From assembly GCA_964234715.1 (NCBI GenBank), contig OZ174277.1: a stretch of 64,000 nt of DNA. One strand, 5' to 3'. Each line of letters opens with the position of its first letter. Position 1 is the stretch's first letter. The position numbers and the translations under genes were made by a program. This DNA is from Podarcis melisellensis (lineage: Eukaryota). Under the pieces are notes generated by a model. It searched no databases. It saw only the letters and a list, made by a program, of their open reading frames with translations, and was not told where the DNA came from. Below are positions 25,423-38,149 of the stretch, in pieces.

Positions 25423-28400
25423 TAATCAGTCTTGTAGCTTTATTCCATACAGAGCATATCATTGTTTGGGGAGCTTCTTTCTCCTTCTTTAAAGCAGAAA
25501 GCATCAGGAGGAATGTGGGAAATAAACGTACTTTGAAGTGCTGTGCCTGAGCCCCATCAACTTCTGGAAAACCATGAGTTCCCCAACCCTAGTTTAAAAG
25601 AATCAATTAGACAAATTCATAGAGATTAGGGTTCTCAATAGCATAATAGTTGAACTGAAGCACCATAAGCTGGTGGTGATAAACAACAATAAATGGTCAC
25701 CTTCATGCCTTGCTTCCAGAGACATCTGGTTAACTGCTGCTGGAAGCATAACACAGGACGAGACAGACCTTGGTCTGATCCCCAAAGGCAGTTCATTCAA
25801 AAGGGAACAGCAATTATCTGCTTCTGTTCATCAAAGTTGTATTCTGCCCTTCCTCCAAGGAGCTCAGTTTGGTGTATGAATGGTTACCAAGCCAACCTTA
25901 TACCAGATGCAATGAGCTAGATAATACAGTATCCCCAACTGGCTAATCACTAAAAGATGAAGCCAATCAAAACCAGGCACAAAAATATGGTTTATTCCTT
26001 TTCTGAATCACCATATACAGAATTGCATCTTCATCAGAGTCCAGTGCAGAGTGAAGGTCATCAACAAGGTCTCCAACAGAGAAATGTTAAACAAGTTGCA
26101 GTACTATTGATCAATTGCTGTTTTGTCACCTACAGTATGCCAAAAATTAATGTAAACCTCAAACCTCAGCAGCCTTATGTTCAAGGTTCAATTCAGAGAA
26201 GACAGCAACTATGATTTTCCAGATCGTATACAAACAAAGGGCATTTGAGCCAGAAAAATAGACTGGGGCAATTCATATAAAATATTTTTAAAATATAAAC
26301 CGCAAACCAATGATCAATACTTGGTACAGCTCTACACATGCAAATCCATCTTTCTGATTTCTATTCATTACTTGAGCACTACCTGTACAAAGGAGAATGA
26401 GGGTGACAATCAGGCTCCCACCCTGTCTGATATTTGCATGCTGACATCAATTCTTAACAGGAGGTTTCCTATGTGAAGTCCAGTGTGCAGAAGGGAGATG
26501 ATTTGCTGCTACAAAGCAACGACTGGTACTTTTCCTAAATACATTTTCTGTGGGGTAAAACTGATCCAAACCTGTTGCTGGCCGCCTTCACTCTCATATT
26601 AATTCACCAATTTCAGCCCTTTTTGTAAGAAAATAATTGTCACCCATTCTCCTCACACTATCATCCCAACCTAAATTCCCTGACTTTAAAGCTGCTGTTA
26701 GCTTCATGGGAAGAAATGGAGGTAGCTGCTGACAAAACAGGGCACTAAATTGGGAGGACTTTAGGCATCATTATTCTATGCTGCATAAGCTTGAATTTGA
26801 GTCTTTCACATTCTATGTTCTCCTCAATAATTGGCTCTGGGCTTTAAAGTTATAGGAGAGTCATAAAGAGATTGATTCATTTAATTATAAAGTCCCATAA
26901 CCAGAAATGCAAAAGTATTTGACAGATTGCCTAATGCACAAGCTTGTCCAAAAAATTACTTACTGCTTCAGACGACTCCTCACTATTATATAAAATATAA
27001 CAACAATTCTTATGACAGACTAAATATTTGAGAAAAGTGGATGCATTAGAAATGGAAAATGAAAAGCTTTGTATGTATGAATAATTGAAACAGACAAGCT
27101 TTCTGAAGTGAGTATCACAGTACTGCACTCAATAAAATTCTCACAAATATTTGACTAAACAGCAGATTTTAATACATCCAATTTAAACACATCCAAAATA
27201 AAATCATAAGGGGTCAAATCAAAATCGGATCAGGGATTCACTTGACCCAGGGCTTGCCAAGACTCAAGAAACTGCCCAGAAACATAGCAGGATATGACCC
27301 TTCTCCTTTGGTCATGCTCACCTGTGAGCAAAATCTGAACACAAGGAAAAGTTGAAAGGCCCAAGAAAAGCCTTAAAAAGAGATGGCTAATGAACAGAGA
27401 GAAAAATAATCACAGATTCCCATTCATAGATATCACAGTTGTCCTGAGGCCAGAGAATTGAAGAGTAGCACATTCCAGCTTTTGCCAACAGCCAGGAAAC
27501 CTAGGGTCACTACTTCCCGAAAGAAACATTGAGGCAACAGGGAGATCAACTGGCCCTTACCATCAGCCAAATAAGAAGCAGCTACAAAGAGCTCACTTCT
27601 CCCCATCCTGCCTGAAAAAATACTCAGCTTTAGCTGTGTTTAGCCCCTGGGACTGCTAAAGTAAGAAGAAAGAACACTCTGGCCTCATCCATTGGCCAAA
27701 GGGACCAAAGTCATCAATTGCTATTCAAGCAGATGAAGAACAAGCTTGCCTGAACTGGATATAAATGGCCTCTCACAGCTCACCACTTGGTTCTGGCTTT
27801 GAATAACTAATCTCCCTCCTTCACCTTTTCCCTTTTCCCCTGCCTTTTTACCGTAGTTTATAAACCAAATGACAGGGTCTTTCTCTCATTCTCTCTCTCT
27901 CTCCCCCCCCCTCTCTCTCTTTAATATGAGACACATTAGCAGACAATTATCTGAAAAACAAGATTGAAAATATAGTAAATAAAGAAGATCCACTTCTTTC
28001 AAGATTTCACATGCTATTGATAAATACTTTATCTGAAATGCAGCAACCTGAATGTAAGTAAATATGCTTTCGAATCTAATCTTTCGCTACCCTGTACAGA
28101 TCTAGCCTCAAAACTCAGTCATAACATTGCTGGATCCACTCACAACTGAATGTGTTAGTGGCCAATGTAACATTTCAAAAAGAGATGGCAAGTTCTTGTA
28201 GCCCAATTATAGGAATGTGTCCTCTTCCTTAGTGGGGTCTAAAACATTAAACTCCAGCTAGATGGACAGATCCTCTATCAGCATCCTTTACCAAAGGGTA
28301 AATTTTGTGCAGTGGTCCATTTTAGAATTTATTGACAATTTTATTTTGTCAATAATATGATGACATTATTGACAATTAAAAAACAAACAAACCCCAACCT

Positions 28401-28505
28401 GTAGTTACAGTTACAGGTAGTGAAAGTATATTGGCTAGATGGTCTGTTAGTGTAACTTAAGGGGAAAGTTTTTAAAATATTTTTTTCACAATAAATAAGA
28501 TCTAC

Positions 28506-28658
28506 CTGCAACCTCCCCTCCTCTTCTGCTTTTTCTGTTCCAGAAAGGCTTCCATCTGTTTCATTGAGCCAGTGCAAATGACTGTCTTGTTCTGTCTTAT
28601 ATTGGGAGAATGAAGGGGAGAGCTCTGCCACCTGTCTCCTTTGTAATGACCTAAGTTC
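28506..28658 (-). CDS. UTRN: UTRN exon (153 nt) homologous to dystrophin exon 40; no counterpart in human utrophin as recalled
   Basis: ttctttgctaatag|GAA CTT AGG...TTG CAG|gtagat; open, phase 0-0; ELRSLQRRQVAELSPSFSQYKTEQDSHLHWLNETDGSLSGTEKAEEEGRLQ vs DMD exon 40 DLRSQRRKKALEISHQWYQYKRQADDLLKCLDDIEKKLASLPEPRDERKIK. Confidence 0.85.
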
Positions 28659-29771
28659 CTATTAGCAAAGAATAAAGGGAATATAAAGCAAATGGTTGAC
28701 AGAAGCAGAAGAAAAGCAGTTGTGTATGTTCAATCACAGATGTTTAGAATCTACAAAAGAAGTGCAAGCTGAAATGGCAAAAGTATTTGTTGACAATTAC
28801 GACCCCAAACAACATCTGCCAGGGAGCCGGGTTGATATTGCATGCTGCCACAATACCAATTTCTGTCTTAACACAGATTGCCTTATTTGAAAAATAATTC
28901 TACCAAGGATCAATTTGCCTATTTCCCAGGGAACCAAATTTAAATGCTTCCCCGATCCTCAGCTGGAGGTGGGGTTCCTTGAAGGCATCTGAGGCAAAAC
29001 AGGATCTTGCCAGGTTGAAGAAGAGGCTTCTCAAATGCTGAATGGTACATCAGTAATCCAGAATTTTTTTTAAAAATGCAACCCCTCTTTTGTCCCACCC
29101 CCATTTCCCTTATCACCATGCTGGTGTAAATTAAGTTGTGGCTGGGGGCGGGGGCTAACACTTACTCAGTTTCAATGGGCCTAATATGGAACTCTCTGGT
29201 TCCATTGGGGAAGATGACAGGGAATTAGAAACAGGGCTCTGCCTTTCATCAGTCGCAGACAAGAATAAAAGAGCTGAACAATTTTACCCAATATTGACAT
29301 TTTTTTTTTAATATGGAGGCAATTGCAGATCTAATTGGCCCCGATCCCTCACCCAGTTTCAATAGCACATGCACCTATAAGCATATTTTCTTTCTTCCAT
29401 TGAAAGTGGGTGAAGAGCTGACTCAGAAGATCAAATTCATACAGAAGAATAACTGTGTGCAGAGAGTACTGGGTTTTGGGCAGAACTAAAATATTTAATG
29501 ACCAATTCATCCATTTACCCATCCTAGTTTCAGAGTGATGAGAGAAAAAGATTCAAATATATCAGAAGTGGAAAGCCATGTGTACCTGGCCTGAAAAGAC
29601 ATCTGTGTCAATGAAATGAAAAATCAGAAGTTGGGCATGGGTGTGTGCATGAGAGTTACAGAGTTTTCTGATGCAGGCAGGCACATGTTGCTTGGGAGAG
29701 AGGAAACTATACTGCAGATGTCTATCCTATTGGATGGGTGGGTGGAGAGAGGGAGAACACAATAGCTTCAC

Positions 29772-29909
29772 CTTAGCGCTGCTTTGCCTGGTCTGCAGAA
29801 GCAGAAGCTGCAAACGAATTCTCTCATGCCTGCTCTCTTCCATTGGCTCTTGCAGTAGCTTTTCACCTTTTTGTAGAACATCCTCAATTTGAGCCCTCTC
29901 TTCATCCAA
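29772..29909 (-). CDS. UTRN: UTRN exon (138 nt, DMD exon 39 equivalent)
   Basis: tag|TTG GAT GAA...GCT AAG|gtgaag; [16 protein letters not shown]...[16 protein letters not shown]. Confidence 0.95.
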
Positions 29910-30321
29910 CTAAAATGATAACAGCACAAAAACACTAAATGATGCTTTAAGGGAAAATATTTCCCCTCCTCCCAAGATGAATATAACAGGCAGTATTCAA
30001 CAACAAAAAATATGCATGAACAAAACAACTTCCACTTGCGTAATGGGACTCTTCCTTCTCCCAACCACATCCACCCTACACTTTCCCAAAATCTGCTCTA
30101 GAAGGTTGGGGGAATCCCCAGGAAAGATTTAGGGGGTGCAGAGGGGGAGGAAAGGATGTAAAGTCCCTTTCTGCAGCAGAATTCATTCCGCTCGCGTAAG
30201 TGCTACACTGAACACAACCCAGTATCTGTGAAGAGAAACATGCATAAAAATGTGTAGAATAGCTGAAAATATGTTTAATAAAGGCAAGTGCAATAATCTG
30301 TTTCATTCTAATCTCACACAC

Positions 30322-30477
30322 CTTTTCATCATTTTCATTTGATTCCATGTGTTTCTCTACAACCTTCAGCATGTCCTGTAACTCACTTTCGAATTTATCA
30401 ATGTCTGCAGAATCCACTGCAATTCCATGGGTCCCTTGCTTGACAAACACTTTATGAGCCTCCTGACTGAAAAGCAT
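30322..30477 (-). CDS. UTRN: UTRN exon (156 nt, DMD exon 38 equivalent)
   Basis: cag|ATG CTT...GAA AAG|gtgtgt; MLFSQE...MLKVVEKHMESNENDEK. Confidence 0.92.
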
Positions 30478-31379
30478 CTGATGGCAAATGGGAAGACAAA
30501 AAACACACATTGATTAATGCCTAAATAACTGCATCAGTAAAGTTGCAAATGAACATCACATTCAGAATCAGATTTTGCGGTGTAGGAGAACTTTGGCTAC
30601 AGATTATCCAGTTTCACTGGCTCAGTTGAAAAATTAAAAATACTAAGCTGCACCTAAGAATGCAGAATAAGGCTGAGAGTGATAAGATGATTCCCATTCC
30701 CAGAGACCCAGGCTAAGGAAATGCCTAGTCATGAGTAACTGGGATACTCAAGACCTAGCTTATATGCTTTTGGAGAGTTGGAGGCATATCAAAAGTCAAC
30801 GGGTGATATCCAGTTGTAACAGCCTGTTCAAGGAACAGCCATTCTGCAAGTGGGAGCCTCATTCTTAGTGCACTGCAACAGTTGTATTCTGTAAAAGATG
30901 TTGCGAAATCCTTAGCACAACCACTATTATTATGATACTTGGTGACAGTTAAGCTTGTGTGATACTGCTTGTTCAAGAACAAGTTCTCAGTCATCTTGTG
31001 CTAATGTTATGTTGGATCTCAAGCTTAGTGTTATGTACCCTTTCCACTAGACTGGTAGTATTCTGTAAATTAAATGCGTGTGTGCTTTTTTAAAAAAACA
31101 CACCCAATAAATATTACTTAAACAATATATCTTGTCAAAGGCAAGCAGATATTTGTTTGTCAATGTACAGTAAGTTATCTCTAAGTTATCATCAAAACTT
31201 TTCTCCCCAGCCAAAAAAAATTAATCATAACCAACCAGCTCATCAATAAAATACTAAGAAGCAGCTTCCCTACCACATACACTTCTTATCAAAATAGGAG
31301 TTTGCACCTAGCTGAGCTCTAAAAATAACTAAGTAGCATTCATTCCACTAAAGCATTAAGAACCGATCAAGGATCTTAA

Positions 31380-31732
31380 GGGGAATGTAAGTGTGCAAAA
31401 TCCAGTCAATATGGACACATTATCCAAGGGCTGTTAGGGATTATGTCTACTGACCAGTAAATGTGCATAATTCCATCTTCATGGAAGGATTATGTGCACA
31501 GTCCCCATGAGGCCTGGTAAATGTCCACAATGACCTGTTGTTTGCACATCAGCTGCTTCTTTCTCTGAAATATGCACATTCTCTGTGGCCTTTTGGGGCT
31601 TATGTATACTGACTAGGAAATGTGCACAATTTCCTTTTCATGGAAGGGTTGTGTGCACATTCTCCACGAGACCCAGTGAATGTACACACTGGCCAGTTGA
31701 TATGCACATTAACTGCGCAACTTACATTCCCC
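31380..31732. mobile_element. Kolobok-like (T2-type) MITE, 353 bp
   Basis: TTAA|GGGGAATGTAAGT...ACTTACATTCCCC|TTAA: perfect 13-bp TIR with purine start and TTAA TSD; internal ~160-bp diverged direct repeat. Confidence 0.75.
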
Positions 31733-31821
31733 TTAACATATGGACTTCAAAATGGGAAGAAATCAATGCTTTGGGATCATGCAGCAACATCCTTGTTTTG
31801 CACAAAATCTTCCATCCTCAC

Positions 31822-31992
31822 CTTAGCACTTCTGATGTGCTGCGATACCTTCTCAAAGTTCCTGTTCAGTTCAGCCAGCTTGGGCTCTACCAGCTCACGG
31901 CATGACACACCACGGCCATTCATCAGGATAATAGCTTGGTCACGTACATTATCTACTCTGAGACTAACATCATCCAATTCTGATGTTAGACG
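31822..31992 (-). CDS. UTRN: UTRN exon (171 nt, DMD exon 37 equivalent)
   Basis: cag|CGT CTA...GCT AAG|gtgagg; RLTSELDD...[26 protein letters not shown]. Confidence 0.95.
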
Positions 31993-32161
31993 CTGAGGAG
32001 AGGGGAAAACAGCACAAGCTTAGTGTTCAGTACACAGCAGGATAAAACGGGGGGGAGTGTAGCAAGAGAGTTATCAACCAAGAGATTTGGCGGAGTTTTA
32101 TTTGGAACCAAAATATACTATTACTGTATAAGCCATGTCAGTAAGAGATTAGGTTTGCCAC

Positions 32162-32290
32162 CTTCACTGTCTCTTCTTTCTTGCTGGCTGGCTTTTTCTC
32201 AATCTCATCCAACAGGGCTTCAGCTTGGTACAGCCAAGTGCTTATGTGGGCGACCTTCTCATCAAAAATCTCCAGTTGACTTTGGTGATT
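32162..32290 (-). CDS. UTRN: UTRN exon (129 nt, DMD exon 36 equivalent)
   Basis: cag|AAT CAC...GTG AAG|gtggca; [34 protein letters not shown]. Confidence 0.95.
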
Positions 32291-32999
32291 CTGGACAGCA
32301 AAGACAAGGATAAATCAATGAAAGAAATACCTAGAGAATGATCAATAAAATGAAAAAATGCTGCATATTAACAGGAAACACTTAGCAATAGATAGTCATC
32401 ACTACATTTATTTAGATTTCTGGCCCACTCCATGCCAAGAGCTCTGGACAGTTTACAATAAATTTGCATACTCAATTCAAAAAGAAAATTAGACTAAAAT
32501 TTAGAAGGTATTAAGTCCACGTCCTATCCCCTTTTGCACTATTTTCTATCTCCTGCATCCATATTTTTGCTACAGGATAAAGCCTGCCCAGGCCCACTTC
32601 ACCTCTCCCTAAGAACACGCTTCCCTAAAGAGCATAGAAAATATGCAGCATTCATATCCCCACATCATAACAGGGTTTAATAGCCAAGGAGTAAACCAGT
32701 ATGCTCAAACACATAACAAATCCTTAACATATTCAGACAACGCTGCTCATTATAGATCGCTTTCTGTCAATTTTACATGAATGATTATTTCACTGATAAA
32801 AGAATACATGGTTGTGAAATTGGATTTCCAAAAGTTCTTGATTTTTTATAGAATTGGTTTATTCTGATAGTAACACTTTATAGCAAAGGTTTTCAGATTG
32901 CAAAAGTATAGAGAAAGAAGCAAAGGTAGCAACTTTTAAAGCACTGGTGAAATTCTGTAGTGTGTTCACCTTATGCTTTGATTCAACATAAATTCTGAG

Positions 33000-33620
33000 G
33001 TTACCCAGTGCATGAACAATAGTGGCTATTCCATGTCCTGGAAAGGGTGCAGTTGCCGTATAGCTTAAGCTGATAACAGGCATCCCCACAGAGATCACCT
33101 GAGCTTCCAGTGATGGATCGAGGAGCACCCCCAAACTATAAACTTGTTCCTTCAGAGGAGTGCAACCCCAACCAGAACCAGTAAACTCCCCAACTCCTGT
33201 ACCTCGGAGCCACTCACCACAGTCCCCCATCACTGCATTCAGTTTAAAACAGGCACAGCCTTTCCTGATTCAGGTGTAACAGAAATAGAGCTGGGCGTCA
33301 TCAGCAATCTGATGGCACCATGCCCCGAATCTCCCAATTACGACTCACAGCAGCTTCTTATAGATATTGAACAGCACTGGGAACACATGGTGAGAAGGCT
33401 ATCATAATATAACTTATTGCCCTGCAGCAATGAATAGCACAATTGGCAGGAGGCTGGCACATAATTCCCCCAATGCTATTCTATAAACCTGGCCCCATAG
33501 TTCCACCAGTCCCCCACTCATGGAGGATACTGCAGAATCAAAAGCCACTGAGAGATCAAGCAAGAGCAACAAGATCACATTTCCCCTATTCCCTGTAATG
33601 TATCAGGGAGACCAAGGGTG
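33000..33620 (-). mobile_element. Old L2 LINE fragment
   Basis: PLKEQVYSLGVLLDPSLEAQV...ATIVHAL; upstream IADDAQLYF-like (YADD) motif. Confidence 0.8.
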
Positions 33621-34458
33621 ATTTTGGAAAGATACCCGGGAAAGATTTTTACTTTTTTAAACCTTCAGATGTTTGTTTGAATGCATATCCTCACAGATAC
33701 CCATTCCCCCTTCAGAACTTCCCACATGGAAGGGAAACATCTGAATGAAGATTCTAAGCGCTGGAATTCTCCCATTATCTGAACTTCCGCCTTGTCTTCC
33801 TCTCATTCCAGGAATGGGAACTGGTGCATACAGTGAAGTTTGGGGTGGGGATCATATGCAAAACCCCTCCCACCTCATTAATCCTACACATATTCAGGCA
33901 AATGTCTGAAGATTGCTTCAGAGATATTATAGACGACCAGTCTTGATTGTGAATGACTTCAAAACAGGGAGCTGACAGATAAATAGATAACTCACAACAG
34001 AGATCAGAGAGGACACAAGAATGAATTAAACTGCCATGGGTGCGTTAGATTCTCTTAATATAATATGGCTACAACATATTCATGTCAAAAAGTAAAGGCT
34101 ATTAAAACTGGCTGTTTAGATAGCAAGAATCTTACAAAGTTCAGGTAGGCACACTTTAAACTAAGCGAAATGATCTTCTAAAATTCATGACACATTTTAA
34201 AATTATATTGGCCCCTCACCTTTCTTATTAAGTAACTTTAATCTTCCATCTACTGAGCATGCTGATATCTTGTCTCTTCACAGGAATTTCTATGCTTTGT
34301 GACAGTACACACAGAGAGAAGGCTATCATAATGTACCTTACTCTGCTGAAGCTAATTACACTTTGGAAATCCTAATGTCAGACAGATAACTCAGCTAATA
34401 AAAAAATATTTTTAAAGACAGCAAATATTGTAAAGTTAAAAATTGCATATAAGCTTAC

Positions 34459-34638
34459 CAAAAGCGTATTGCACCAATCTTCCGTCCAAGTTCGGACTCT
34501 ACTCCACCCAGCATTAAGAACACAGAGCTTTTCCTCCAAAGTCGTCTCACTGCCTTCCACTAAGGTCTGAAGTACAGCACTACTCTCTGTTACACTGTTA
34601 AGATCAACCTTCTTCCTTTCCAGTTCTCTCAGCACATT
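34459..34638 (-). CDS. UTRN: UTRN exon (180 nt, DMD exon 35 equivalent)
   Basis: cag|AAT GTG...CTT TTG|gtaagc; [10 protein letters not shown]...[19 protein letters not shown]. Confidence 0.96.
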
Positions 34639-34961
34639 CTGAAAGGCAACAGAAACTATTAACAGAACCAAATTCTTCATGATTGCAAAGTCAAAGATGG
34701 CATCAGATGCATTCATAGCATATGACCATGTTTCTAATTTGACCACCTTGCCTTTTCATATCATGTAAGGCCAACTGCATATATGCCCAAATGAACACGG
34801 GGTATTCTAATATTGACAACGATATTTGCACTAATTGTAGAATTTTCATAGAAGTTCTAGCAGCATGAAAATTCTCCTTCAATAAAAGGCAAATGAAGCA
34901 TTGTGAAGTTATTGGGACCATTTGACAGTTCTGCATTTCTGTGCTCATACAGACTAATGGA

Positions 34962-35086
34962 CAGGGCTGACCCAGCCATGAGGCAAGGTGAGGTGACCAT
35001 CTCAGGTAGCAGGATCCACAGGGGTAACAGATCCCAATGTACATATTTATTCCTTCACTCTGCCACTGTTCCTAATATCAATCTTC

Positions 35087-35133
<47 letters not shown>

Positions 35134-35637
35134 TTATTATTTATACCCTGCCCATCTGACTGGGTTTCCCCAGCCACTCTGGGTGGCTTCCAACAGAACA
35201 CTAAAATACAATAACCTATTAAACATTAAAAGCTTCCATAAACAGGGCTGCCTTCAGATGTCTTCTAAAAGTTTGGTAGTTGTTTTTTTCTTTGACATCT
35301 GGTAGGAGGGCGTTCCACAGGGCGGGTGCCACTACCGAGAAGGCCCTCTGCCTGGTTCCCTGTAACTTGGCTTCTTGTAGCGAGGGAACCGCCAGAAGGC
35401 CCTCGGCGCTGGACCTCAGTGTCCGGGCAGAACGATGGAGGTGGAGACGCTCCTTCAAGTATACTGGACCGAGGCTGTTTAGGGCTTTAAAGGTCAGCAC
35501 CAACACTTTGAATTGTGCTCGGAAACGTACTGGGAGCCAGTGTAGGTCTTTCAAGACCAGTGTTATATAGTCTAGTGGGAAGAGGGATGTCATTTTGTGG
35601 TTTGTCTCAGGTGCCAAAATGTCTTGGGCAGCCCCTG
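34962..35637. mobile_element. Older TIR element (CAGGGCTGACCC...GGGCAGCCCCTG) hosting the L2 insertion
   Basis: Degenerate inverted termini either side of the L2; superfamily (Harbinger or hAT) uncertain. Confidence 0.45.
35088..35572 (-). mobile_element. Young L2-clade LINE 3' end with (ATT)n tail
   Basis: DYITLVLKDLHWLPVRFRAQFKVLVLTFKALNSLGPVYLKERL...RAFSVVAPALWNAL...FRRHLKAALF; short 3' UTR; (TAA)n at 35088-35133. Confidence 0.9.
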
Positions 35638-37853
35638 CTACCTGAAATTATCTACTGTTGGGAAATGAAGTTGTAATTTTTAAGACAACTTATATCTTCC
35701 TCTTGCCTTTATCAAATTTCATTTTATTAGATTCTGCCATTTATTTTATTATGCAATTACTCCATGTTCTAGTTCCATTTGTTATTTCATAAAGTTTCTT
35801 GTTCTGCATGTGGGGAACTATATATCTATCTGTTATGGAGCAATTCAAACTACTTTTTGTCTGCATGTGTGCATGTACTTTTCATGAAGTGGAGGGAACC
35901 TTATGTAATTCTTCCCACCATAATATACATTTTTGTATAATGGTATGTGTGTAAGCACTTGTTAATTAATAAAGTAGTGCCTTTTCTCTAAATCGCTGTG
36001 GAGCACAGAGCATATTGCAACATTTCAAATACATTACACTGAAACATTTAAATACTACTAATCATATTGAAGTATGTTGTATACAGATAGTAGAAAGGTC
36101 CTCAGATCACAATTATTTATAGCCATTTTAACATAAGGATTTGTGCAGTTTCCTTGCACGACAAGAAATTATACTGTTCCATTTTTAACATCAATCCTCA
36201 GAACACAATACTCCTCCTTGTAGGCTAATGACTTTTTGCACTCAATTAGGCAAATAATTGACTAACCATGACATTCTCTAAAATAGCAATCAATAATTAA
36301 AACAAGCAATTAAATTCAAAAAGCCAAGAACTGTATTACGTTATGGAAAATGAAACACACTGGTGAGCCTTGGATCTAATACGCCTTTTTTTGGCTGGCA
36401 CAATTCAGCTTTTAGAGAAAACGATTTTTTAAAAAATGTCTATAATAAGGCAATCAAATTTAAAAGATAGTTTAAGGTTTTAAATTATCCATGCCAGCTT
36501 GGGAAAAAGCAGTAAAGGAAGCATAGACACAATATATGTTTAAATATATGCTCGGAACTATTGGGGAGAAATTTGGAACAAAGTATGATATTTGTGCAGT
36601 TAGCTACTTGGTTGATTTTTTAAATAGGTAAAAAAAAATCTTTATATAGCTATTTTAACCACTTTAATCCATCACTGAGGGGATTTATCAAGTAACAGAT
36701 AGCAAATATTAAGTGTTGCTGCTGTGGAATTATAGAGATTAGCTCCTCCAACGCAGCTTTGTATAGTGGTTACAGATCTAATAGCCAATTCTTCAACATT
36801 TTAAATTATTTTCTTTGAGCAACAGCCAACAAAAAGGCTTATATTACTAACTCTAACTTATCCTAGAAGAGCAGACAGAGGTGAAGATAGGGGTTGGCAA
36901 AAACAGCACCCGACGAGAACACAGGCCCAGGTGGAGTGCAAAAAATCACCTTTCAGACTATGAAGTGTGTGGTGTACATATATGTGTGGTGCCACACCAC
37001 TGCTGTTGCAGCAAGATCAAATGCAGAAGCCTCCCATCCTTCTCGCACAGTGGCAAAATTAGGGGTGGGGGGTCAATACAGCTCCTTGCCAGGGACAGAA
37101 GAGACCCTTGGTACACCTCTGAGAACACAGGATAAACACTACCCATTCACAATAATCATGTACCATATGCAATGTTTTTGGAATCTAATGCTGGAAGAAA
37201 ATGCCTACGATTTTCCTATTTATAATCAGCAATACATAGTTGACCACCAATTGCATAGCAGAAAATTCTGCTTGAAAAGCATGTGTCAATTTTTCTTCCT
37301 CAGCTTAATGTAAACCAGGAAAAAGTTGCACTATGGACCAGCGAAAAGCAACACAACAATTCCTTCTAGTGCAACAGGACTTTCCACCTTTCCTTCCCCA
37401 AATTTGCTCTGGGTGGTCCAAAGACCACCATCCCCCACAAAACAGCAGGGGTGACAGATAGTTCCATCAGGCAAGCTGAACATGGGGGGATGAGGACATC
37501 CATCAGGGAAACATAAAAGGAGAAAAACCATTAAATAAATTATTTGGAAGCACTATGAGCCTTGCAGCTGGGTTGCTATTGACACTGCAGCAAAAATTAA
37601 GGTAACAGTAGCTTCACAAGTGAACTAGAGGGACAGAATTATGTTGGTGATTCTACATAGCCTGGAAATTTCTAGCGCTTATATAATTTGTTTAATTTAT
37701 ATACAAGGCTTCAAGATAGGCTACTCATTAGAAAGTGCATTTTAGTTAACAGTTGCTCCAAAGATGAAATAGAAACAATTGTCTCTGTTTTGTTTTTGCT
37801 TTTAAATCACAAAGGAATACAAAGAAGGAGGAACAAGATACAGTTTTTCTTAC

Positions 37854-38024
37854 TTTAGCCCATGCGATTTCAGTGTCCAGATCAGTGAGCAAACTCTCAG
37901 AGGTGGACTTGTGCACTAACTCAGCCTCCGTAGCCTCTAGCCATTTCGACAAGGAAAGGGAGACTTCCTTGAGCTTACATGACAGCTGCAATGCCTGCTC
38001 CAAATCTTGCTTCCCTTCAGTGAC
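37854..38024 (-). CDS. UTRN: UTRN exon (171 nt, DMD exon 34 equivalent)
   Basis: cag|GTC ACT...GCT AAA|gtaaga; [11 protein letters not shown]...[10 protein letters not shown]. Confidence 0.95.
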
Positions 38025-38149
38025 CTGCATAAGAAACCCAGCATGTAAAAACAGAGATAAGGAGTTCTGCTTCTTCAATAAGAAATACGTAGCAGTGAAA
38101 GTAATTGGCAACATCCAGGTGGTATTTTTATAAAAGGTCACACTAAGAA

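Noticed and set aside
25990-26135. Possible DMD exon 41 homologue after ctgtag|GTG
   Set aside because: In-frame stops, no good donor and no recognisable similarity
31410-31710. CRISPR-like or satellite array
   Set aside because: Only two diverged units inside a TIR element, in eukaryotic intron sequence
35219-35617. 132-aa ORF as a host gene
   Set aside because: It is the C-terminus of an L2 LINE ORF2
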